Of a stretch of DNA of 15,931 bases, positions 1 to 7,072 are shown piece after piece. A program made the position numbers and the translations under genes. The stretch's first letter is position 1, and every line of letters starts with the position of its first letter. A model generated the notes under the pieces. The model saw only the letters and a list, made by a program, of their open reading frames with translations, was not told where the DNA came from and made no database searches. Location: positions 1-15,931 of the forward strand of contig CAZUFC010000169.1 of the NCBI GenBank assembly GCA_964619725.1, given 5' to 3'. The stretch is from an uncultured bacterium. Lineage in GTDB: Bacteria > CSSED10-310 > CAZUFC01.

Positions 1-1
1 A

Positions 2-103
2 TTTGTATTAGTCTATCAACTCAAGATTGCTCGCTTGGGATCCGGGATTAATGAAGCGCTGCCGATACTCCTGAATAGATATGAAAAAGCGCTTGTTCGT
101 TAA
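2..103 (+). CDS. Possible 3' end of a convergent gene entering from the left (partial)
   Basis: Frame 2 is open from the window edge (FVLVYQLKIARLGSGINEALPILLNRYEKALVR) to TAA at 101-103. An AT-rich 32 bp gap follows before the stop of the minus-strand gene at 136. Too short to assign. Confidence 0.4.
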   Translation, partial: FVLVYQLKIARLGSGINEALPILLNRYEKALVR

Positions 104-135
104 ATAACATTTTTAAAAATGAATAAATATAAAAA

Positions 136-2511
136 TTAACACAACTTTCTTTTCCATAAGTTCGATTGGTCGAAAACTTGAAACCTGAAATTCCTGAATG
201 AATCATATCCGCCGGGATATCCTGTTATTAAAATCTCCGCCGCCTTTTCGATTAACTCAAAAACAGTCAATCCTCTATTCTCCGCTGACTTAATCAAACC
301 GATCAACACATCAATAAATTTGAGCGCCTCTTCAAAACTTATCTTAAAAGAAGGAACCGCGACGCCGGCTGCTCCATAATCCTCAACGGCCATCCTTGCA
401 AATCGATGAGTACACGCATCTCCGCAGGTTATCAGCAATAAGGTTTTCCCTTTTAAGCTTCCTTTACCGCCTGCTTCCTCAATGCTATTTTGAAGTTCAG
501 CCTCGCTGTGAGCCGTTACTATTACTATATTGTCGTCTTTTCTGATTGAATTCATTGAGGAGTTGATCTTGTAATAGGGCAATTCTTCGATTCTATTGAA
601 GGAATTTTTTAATGTCTCTGTTTTCGCTTCGCCGTTGTTCAGTTTGCTTAGGCTTTTTTCATCAATGATAACCTGAAAATTCGGTTTATTATCCTTAAAC
701 ATCGGCATTTGAGCTTTTAAATTAGAGTCCGCAATTGACGGATTGAACGTATTGAAAATATTTATGTTCATATTTTTTCTTTCGGCTTCTTTTCTCAGCA
801 AACCTAACAAATGAGATTGATTAACATCGAAAGGATTGCCGAATTTCGAATCCCCTGCGTTTAATCCGCCGGCATTATTGCAAATTATTAAGTTACCGCC
901 CTGGCCGTTGCCGGGACATGCCTGAAAAATTTTTTCCGCAAGCTCTCCAATAATCTTTCCTGCTTTTCCGCTGCCGCTCTCTGCATCAATCAAATACTCA
1001 TAGACTTTCATAAGGTTTTCACTTAGAATAAAATACTTGTGATCAATCGTTATTCTGGTTTTATCGTTCGCTTCCCCGATAAATAAATATGTGTTCCTAT
1101 CGTTACTGTACCTGGCGATATCCCGGATCATCGCGTCATTCTGCAATTCGTCTGACTTCTTTTCTGAAACTAAAATGTATTGCTCGTCGTCGATTTTTAT
1201 TGAATCGATGATATCCTCATCTTCGAGTTGATAATTGGATGATGAATCGCAAACAAAAACGCCTCTTACTCTATCTTTAATTTTAAACAGCAATAACTTT
1301 CCTCGACTGAAATTCCTCTGTGCAAGCAATTTCAGGTAACTTTGCAGCCTTTTCAATTGATTGGCTAGTGAGTTTCGATTGCTTCCTGATTGCTTATTGA
1401 TCAAAGCCGCTTGATAAAACATCGCTATTCGCATTTTCATTTCTTCTTGATTCAATTGTATGGTCGGCTTTAATCGCCGGTTTTTTTCATTCACATTCAA
1501 TCCGATTTCACTCTCGCCTGATTCGATTCCTTTTGGTTTAACGACCGAAAAAGAGACATTCCGGTTTTTGAAAATTTTTGTAATATGTCTCGTATGAGCA
1601 GCGCCGATATTCATTACAGCACATTTATCTGCTGAAGAATTCATAACATGTAAAACATTTTCCACCATTTTCTCATCACGTTTTATTTTCACGGAATCGA
1701 TCAGGTTTATCATTTTCTCTTTTTCATGGTTAAAAGCATCAACTTCCTTGCTCAAAGCTCTCCATCTATTGTAATTCTCCTTGAATGACCTGTTAAGGCA
1801 TGACGTATTAACCGCTAATTCATAAATCAAAGACAACAAAGCATCAGCATTGTTTCTGCATTCATTGAAAACTTCAATTAATTGGTTCAATCCGCTTACG
1901 TCTTCACCCGATATGTCATCCTCTTGCATTCGTAAAGCTTTCAATTGCTCCCTGACATCATTGTTTAATTTATCTTGAACTATCATTATTTCTTTTTGCA
2001 AATCATTAAATTGTCCTTTTAAATTTTCCAGACCGTTGGAAATACTTGGACTCTCAAGAATGCTTTTCTGCTCATTCCTGAGAGCGATATCATCTATCCC
2101 GCTGATACTGATTCGGGGAAAAGTCGCCGCAACGTATTCCATGCCTGATATCCTTGAATCGGCCAGTCTGCAAAACATAATTTTTTCTAATAATTCCCTG
2201 TTCTGAAAATTCTCATGATAAAAAGAAAAATCAAAAACACCCTCCGGATTTTCAATGCAAACGTTACGAATGTCATATTTTTCATACAACAGGCTGACGA
2301 TCGCCATAATATTTTTTTGTACTTCAACATTGTCGTGTTCCTCTTCGATTATCACTATCTTTCTAGTACCATTCCCCGAAAAGGTTCGTTTAATGACGCC
2401 TAATCTTTCGGGAATGCTCAAATGTCCCAAATCAAGCGTAGTCGAACAGCTCGACGTCAGCACGACCGATAAAACCAACATTTCTTGAAAAAGCTTTTTT
2501 ATTTTATTCAT
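136..2511 (-). CDS. Putative exported/lipoprotein: N-terminal EreA/ChaN/TIKI-like metallohydrolase domain with helical insertion, C-terminal CHAT/caspase-like domain
   Basis: Long ORF (track start 2529). ATG at 2511 is preferred: GGAG lies upstream and it overlaps the stop of the upstream gene. The N-terminus is basic, then hydrophobic, then LTSSC (weak lipobox). Motifs: IVIIEEEHD, VCIENPEG, ISGIDD, KRDEKMVENV, AVMNIGAAH. C-terminal motifs: IVIVTAH ... LLLITCG ... GAAGVAVPSFKISFEEALKF. Confidence 0.65.
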   Translation of the reverse strand: MNKIKKLFQEMLVLSVVLTSSCSTTLDLGHLSIPERLGVIKRTFSGNGTRKIVIIEEEHDNVEVQKNIMAIVSLLYEKYDIRNVCIENPEGVFDFSFYHENFQNRELLEKIMFCRLADSRISGMEYVAATFPRISISGIDDIALRNEQKSILESPSISNGLENLKGQFNDLQKEIMIVQDKLNNDVREQLKALRMQEDDISGEDVSGLNQLIEVFNECRNNADALLSLIYELAVNTSCLNRSFKENYNRWRALSKEVDAFNHEKEKMINLIDSVKIKRDEKMVENVLHVMNSSADKCAVMNIGAAHTRHITKIFKNRNVSFSVVKPKGIESGESEIGLNVNEKNRRLKPTIQLNQEEMKMRIAMFYQAALINKQSGSNRNSLANQLKRLQSYLKLLAQRNFSRGKLLLFKIKDRVRGVFVCDSSSNYQLEDEDIIDSIKIDDEQYILVSEKKSDELQNDAMIRDIARYSNDRNTYLFIGEANDKTRITIDHKYFILSENLMKVYEYLIDAESGSGKAGKIIGELAEKIFQACPGNGQGGNLIICNNAGGLNAGDSKFGNPFDVNQSHLLGLLRKEAERKNMNINIFNTFNPSIADSNLKAQMPMFKDNKPNFQVIIDEKSLSKLNNGEAKTETLKNSFNRIEELPYYKINSSMNSIRKDDNIVIVTAHSEAELQNSIEEAGGKGSLKGKTLLLITCGDACTHRFARMAVEDYGAAGVAVPSFKISFEEALKFIDVLIGLIKSAENRGLTVFELIEKAAEILITGYPGGYDSFRNFRFQVFDQSNLWKRKLC

Positions 2512-4048
2512 CGATCTCTCCAAATTCATCTATCAAATGTTTCTTGATGCTGTTCTTCAAATCAATTATTTTATCTCTTCGATCATATTGTTTCAAATTT
2601 ACAACCCCGGCCTCCATCAGATTTAAACTCTGGACCATTCCGTGTACAGCCATAAAGGCGTCTTCTTTGTTTTTTGCCTTCTGATACCGTTCTTTAAAAA
2701 AAGCATATGCATCGTAATAAAGTCCGTGAGTTATAATCAAGAAACCCAAAGCGAGCAACGACTTTACATCTTTTTTACGCCGCCGTTTTTTAATCAATTT
2801 AGAAAGTCTAGCGTCTTTTACCAGCCAAAATGTTCCTCCGTCAAAAAAGGCTTCATGATCATCGCAATTGTAAACATTCCACCGGTAAATCACATCAGCA
2901 TCAAGCGAAGGAGCCCTTTTCGGGTATAACGAATGATTTTTGCCGCTTGTTTCCCATTCATGTATCATTCTGCCTGTCTCGTCTTTAATTGTTATTCTGA
3001 ATTTTCTATTCCTGTATCCACAAGCCCATCGAAAGACAGGTTTTTCCAAAATTCCGCTATAGAAGGGAAAAGCCGGCTTGTCTTCTTCATCTGTCTCTCC
3101 CAGATACTGTCCGACAGAATAATACTCTTTTACGAAAGATTTCATGTATTTGAAAACGCTGTCCGGCATCCGCCTTATTCCGTGTCTGAGACTAACATCT
3201 GATATTACGGTGGTTTTCATATTATATTTCTCCCACAAAAGTCTTAAAAGTTTTCGATTGTTTTTCCAAATGGGAAATGTGCCGAACAATTTTATCGGAA
3301 TTTCATATGACCTGTCAGGTATCCCGTAATCAACCATAATTAATCCGTTTCTCATTTCAATTTTTTCAATATAGTAATGGCAATACCAATGAACCGCACT
3401 TTCAACCGGAATGTCTGAGTTTTCCAATACGTCTAAATCAATTCTTCTTTTGTCTGCATCCAATCCGTCAGCAACCCTTAATAAAGCCGTCAACAAGTCG
3501 ACGCGAATCTTTTCCTTAGTATTAGTACACTCAATCCGCAATTCCATCTCTTCAGGAATGTCCGATAAATCATCAACACCGTGTCCCCGGACTATTTCCG
3601 CGATAATCCTTGCATAATGTATATCTTTTTCGTGCAGACCCATAGAAGGATATCGATCGGGATGCAAGATGCTGCCGATTATCATTTCTTTTGAAAGTTC
3701 ATGATGAAAACGCCTGATGATGCTTAAACGAAAATCATCGTTTTCTCTCATTCCATTTAATTGGCTCTGTTCCAACATTTTATTGAGATATTCGGAATCT
3801 ACTGCATCCTTAAATTGCATCCCTACATCATGCAAATACACGGCAGCGGTCAATATCTTTCTTTCTTCTCTCGATAACGCTTTGATCGGTCTTTTGATCA
3901 GTTTGATCAAGTCTGCGGCGATGCATTTCACTCTTTCAGAGTGCTCAATAGAGTGATCAGTATAGTGACGATGCTGCGGTTGTTCCAGAATGACGGCCGC
4001 TTTTTCTTTTATCAGTTTTAAATCCAAAACCGTTTGTTTGGAATGCAT
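2504..4048 (-). CDS. HD-domain (HD-CE-like) phosphohydrolase with C-terminal DUF928-like beta-sandwich/helical region
   Basis: Motifs HYTDHSIEHSERV, AAVYLHDVGM (HD at 3827-3832), RRFHHELS, IVRGHG, LLRVADGLD, SAVHWYCH. ATG at 4048 has GAGG 7 nt upstream (track start 4111 has no such site). C-terminal motifs: PVFRW ... YPKRAPSLDADVIYRWNV ... HGLYYDA. Confidence 0.8.
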   Translation of the reverse strand: MHSKQTVLDLKLIKEKAAVILEQPQHRHYTDHSIEHSERVKCIAADLIKLIKRPIKALSREERKILTAAVYLHDVGMQFKDAVDSEYLNKMLEQSQLNGMRENDDFRLSIIRRFHHELSKEMIIGSILHPDRYPSMGLHEKDIHYARIIAEIVRGHGVDDLSDIPEEMELRIECTNTKEKIRVDLLTALLRVADGLDADKRRIDLDVLENSDIPVESAVHWYCHYYIEKIEMRNGLIMVDYGIPDRSYEIPIKLFGTFPIWKNNRKLLRLLWEKYNMKTTVISDVSLRHGIRRMPDSVFKYMKSFVKEYYSVGQYLGETDEEDKPAFPFYSGILEKPVFRWACGYRNRKFRITIKDETGRMIHEWETSGKNHSLYPKRAPSLDADVIYRWNVYNCDDHEAFFDGGTFWLVKDARLSKLIKKRRRKKDVKSLLALGFLIITHGLYYDAYAFFKERYQKAKNKEDAFMAVHGMVQSLNLMEAGVVNLKQYDRRDKIIDLKNSIKKHLIDEFGEIDE

Positions 4049-4575
4049 GAACGTACCTCTTCTCAGGCCTTTTAATTTTGAAATAAATTTTTGCTTTTCG
4101 CAGAATCTCATTCTTCAGGAATGATCAAACAGGCGTTATAATTTTTTCGAAGCCATTCGTCTTTTATACATGGTGATCCGTTGTCGCCGCAGGCTTTCCA
4201 ATTGCATCCAAAAACCTGGATATCTCGATAATCCTTCATTGTTAAATATCACCTTTGCAAATCAAATTCGTGATCTGACCTTGAGTCATCAAATTTAATT
4301 TAACATTTTGACGAATTGGAATCAATCATTTCAGTCTTGAAAATCATCATGGCTATTCCTCTTGCAGTCTAGCAGGCTCAGCAAGGTTTTAATATTTCAT
4401 GAAATTTTAGGTTCTGTTTCAATGGGGATTAAAATTTTTGTGAATCGCTTTTTCATTTGTCCCCAGCAATCAGCAACATTTGCGTTTGCGGAATATTTGC
4501 AATCTTTTCCAAAAACCAGGGCATTTTGATCATCACCGTTTTTTTATTCATTGATGGCAAGCAGAGCTTTCAATA

Positions 4576-4605
4576 ATCGGGATAGGTATCGATATCGCAA
4601 TCGGA
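4576..4605. repeat. Five degenerate tandem hexamers (ATCGGG ATAGGT ATCGAT ATCGCA ATCGGA)
   Basis: 6-bp periodicity read directly from the sequence. CTATACCGA at 4622-4630 is an 8/9 reverse complement of TCGGGATAG at 4577-4585. Confidence 0.55.
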
Positions 4606-4691
4606 GAGTCGACACAGAAAACTATACCGACCGAATGCTAACATCAGGTGTGCACAAAAGTGAGCTTGGAAACGGGGGACGGGATACGCTT

Positions 4692-4725
4692 ATGCTGAGA
4701 CAGGCCGGACTCTAAGTCTCAGCAT
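4692..4725. repeat. Perfect 10-bp inverted repeat (stem-loop or operator)
   Basis: ATGCTGAGAC (4692-4701), a 14-nt spacer, then GTCTCAGCAT (4716-4725). No poly-T tail on either side. Confidence 0.7.
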
Positions 4726-4746
4726 TAACGGTTCGGAGGAGTTATC

Positions 4747-4815
4747 ATGAGGTGCAGCCAAAAAATTAATTTTCTCAGGTCCAATACGATGGACGGGAAT
4801 TCTTTAGAATTGTAA
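4747..4815 (+). CDS. Possible 22-aa small ORF / leader peptide or gene remnant (MRCSQKINFLRSNTMDGNSLEL)
   Basis: Strong SD GGAGGAG (4735-4741) 5 nt before the ATG at 4747. TAA at 4813-4815. Sits just downstream of the 10-bp hairpin. Confidence 0.3.
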   Translation: MRCSQKINFLRSNTMDGNSLEL

Positions 4816-4863
4816 CCCGGAAACACGCATATTTGATCAATGTCGAAAATATCATCAATTGCA

Positions 4864-4892
4864 TTGACATTAAAAGTAACACATTATATGTT
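4864..4892 (+). promoter_or_regulatory. Putative sigma70-type promoter for the 4953 gene
   Basis: TTGACA (4864-4869), 17-bp spacer, TATGTT (4887-4892). Confidence 0.55.
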
Positions 4893-4897
4893 GGCTA

Positions 4898-4912
4898 TGC
4901 GTCACAGACGCA
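4898..4912. promoter_or_regulatory. Palindrome overlapping the predicted transcription start (possible operator)
   Basis: TGCGTC-aca-GACGCA, starting 5 nt after the predicted -10 element. Confidence 0.35.
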
Positions 4913-4952
4913 GGATTTTGATTGATTTTGAGTTTGCAATCTGTATGGTTGA

Positions 4953-5315
4953 ATGATGGAAAGCGAATTTTTATTTATTTTATCCCTTAGTTTTTTGGTC
5001 GTAGGCATCGTGATTCTTATATGGACATTGACCGTTAAGAAATATTCCATCCCGGATGAACAGAAGAAGGAATTTGATCCAGCCGATTCACTCGGCAGTG
5101 AACTGTTTCGGGGTGATAATAAGTTTGAAGAATTCTCTTACGATTTTGATGACAAAAGCGGTAATAATTCGAATTCATCTTCCGAACAAGGCGAGTCCGA
5201 AGCGAATAATGAAAATCCTCAAAGAGGAAAAAACCTTACTTTCTTATTTCCTCTCTTATTCCTCGGTTTTCTGATCAGTCTGATAATTATCTTCTCTATA
5301 GTAATAATGGATTAA
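4953..5315 (+). CDS. Small hypothetical membrane protein: two TM helices flanking an acidic/Ser-Asn-rich loop
   Basis: 120 aa. Hydrophobic segments FLFILSLSFLVVGIVILIW and FLFPLLFLGFLISLIIIFSIVI. Central low-complexity acidic linker. Good promoter upstream, weak RBS. Confidence 0.7.
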   Translation: MMESEFLFILSLSFLVVGIVILIWTLTVKKYSIPDEQKKEFDPADSLGSELFRGDNKFEEFSYDFDDKSGNNSNSSSEQGESEANNENPQRGKNLTFLFPLLFLGFLISLIIIFSIVIMD

Positions 5316-5645
5316 ACAGCGCATTCCAAAAATTCGATTCCCGTTTCAAATTTCGTTGCCGGACAGACGCTGCAGTCTCTGACCAAAATTCGCTATTTTG
5401 GGAACTGATCAAAAGGGGATTACAATTTTTTCGCATCGCTTCTTCTATTATCCTGGATGATCCGTGCTATCCGCAGTTGCGGATGACCCTCCGGCGTTTT
5501 TGTATTGAAATGGTTCTGAGTATTTTAAATAATTTCGAAAGAAATTCAAACTGTCGAAAGGGTCTGCAGCGAAAAACCGACAATCGAAGTGCGATCATCC
5601 CGGAGCATTATTTAATAAGAATCCATGTAAAAACGTTTTTTTTTC

Positions 5646-5674
5646 TTGACAACGAAAATTTCTCCCTTTAGGAT
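5646..5674 (+). promoter_or_regulatory. Putative sigma70-type promoter of the tubulin/vWA/Hsp70 operon
   Basis: TTGACA (5646-5651), 17-bp spacer, TAGGAT (5669-5674), with AT-rich tracts upstream. SD GGAGG at 5694-5698. Confidence 0.6.
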
Positions 5675-5701
5675 AGCGATTAGTTAATTTTCTGGAGGTC
5701 A

Positions 5702-7072
5702 ATGATGTTGCGTTGTCCTTATCCCGATTGCGGCATAATGGAAATTGAAGAATTTAAAAAAAAACCTGACAAGATTATAGGTTTCTGTCCCAGTTGTGAA
5801 GAAGGCGTCATCAGGTGTCCTCATTCAGGATGCGGCGCTTTAAATAGAATTTTGGCACATTTTTGCAAAAAATGCGGTCGTGAAATCAACTGGTTCCATA
5901 TTCACGGCAGATTCAAGAAAAAATTCAGAATAAAAACCGTTTTCCAACCTTTAAACGAACACATTTTCCGTGCCGACGTCAGCAACTGCTTGCTTCATCT
6001 CGGAGAAACGCGCAGCATCCCGGTGCAATTCGAACAGATTCACGGCTTTTTTATCCTTCAAGTGAACAACGGGCATTACTTCATAATCAAACCATTCAAA
6101 GGATCATCTGATGAAGCGCTTGCGCACCAGGGTTCAGTCGCTCCGGTTGAAGTAGGACAGGAAGAGCATTTCATTCACAAGCCTTTATACTATAAGCACA
6201 ATGTGTACATGACATCAGAAAGGCAAATATACGGGCTCAGTATGCTGAATACGTCTGAAAAGAGACCTCCCGTTTATAAAACTGAATCCTGTGATGAAAA
6301 AATTTTTCAGAATCCGCTGATTATTCAAGACAAAATGTTTTTTGCTGAGGGCAATGAAGAAGAAATTCGACTAAAGTTTTTAAATATGGAAGCTCCAGGC
6401 GAAATTACGGTCCACGATGATTGCTTTCAGGATTTCGTATCGCAAATAATTCCAGCCTGGAAGAACGAATTGTTCTTTTTCGATTCTAAAAACATTTTCC
6501 GTTACGCTTTAAACGGCAATCAATTGAAAAAAAAGGTATCCGTTCCCAATCCCTGTTTATCGAACCGCAAACCGAGATTCAGAATCCCCGCATTTCCCCA
6601 GGCGGACGACAATTACGTTTATTTATGCGGTTATAACGACAATGAAAACCGGACGCTTTATGCTATCGACAGGCGATTGAATATACGAGAGATTCCGAAT
6701 ACGTCCAGCGGAAAGATTCAATTTACTCTCGTGACTAAACCGACAAGATTATATGTGGCGAATGATGACGGAATTTTTTGTTTGAACAATTCGGGAAGGA
6801 TTCTTTTCCAGGAGCGAGCCGGTTTTTGCGCTGAATTCGCTCCACTGATATACGGCCATTACATTATATTCAACCAACTGGTATCACAGACACAACATTC
6901 TGAAAAATTAATGATTTACGATAGAAATTTGAATCCCGTCATGCAGAAACAGGTAGAGGATCTGATAGCAAAACCGATAATATTTACTGATCGTTTGGCT
7001 CTCATGAAAAAAGAAAAAATAAAACAGAACGAAAAATGTTTTCTCTACATGCACAAATTTGAAGTAATATGA
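5702..7072 (+). CDS. Double zinc ribbon + PQQ-like beta-propeller protein
   Basis: Four Cys pairs: CPYPDC, CPSC, CPHSGC, FCKKCG. Repeated blade-like motifs KPLYYKHNVYM, NPLIIQDKMFF, FPQADDNYVYL, APLIYGHYIIF, KPIIFTDRLAL. No signal peptide. SD spacing favours the second ATG (5705). Confidence 0.7.
   Translation: MMLRCPYPDCGIMEIEEFKKKPDKIIGFCPSCEEGVIRCPHSGCGALNRILAHFCKKCGREINWFHIHGRFKKKFRIKTVFQPLNEHIFRADVSNCLLHLGETRSIPVQFEQIHGFFILQVNNGHYFIIKPFKGSSDEALAHQGSVAPVEVGQEEHFIHKPLYYKHNVYMTSERQIYGLSMLNTSEKRPPVYKTESCDEKIFQNPLIIQDKMFFAEGNEEEIRLKFLNMEAPGEITVHDDCFQDFVSQIIPAWKNELFFFDSKNIFRYALNGNQLKKKVSVPNPCLSNRKPRFRIPAFPQADDNYVYLCGYNDNENRTLYAIDRRLNIREIPNTSSGKIQFTLVTKPTRLYVANDDGIFCLNNSGRILFQERAGFCAEFAPLIYGHYIIFNQLVSQTQHSEKLMIYDRNLNPVMQKQVEDLIAKPIIFTDRLALMKKEKIKQNEKCFLYMHKFEVI

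Noticed and set aside
2215-3956. Several 60-95 aa plus-strand ORFs
   Set aside because: All are antisense to the two long motif-bearing minus-strand genes.
4692-4725. Rho-independent terminator
   Set aside because: The loop is long, there is no U-tract on either strand, and no gene ends immediately upstream.
4112-4952. CRISPR array, tRNA or IS element in the intergenic region
   Set aside because: No regularly spaced 25-40 bp repeats, cloverleaf, transposase fragment or terminal inverted repeat pair was seen.
5477-5671. 64-aa plus-strand ORF
   Set aside because: TTG start with no SD and no motifs, and it overlaps the predicted operon promoter.
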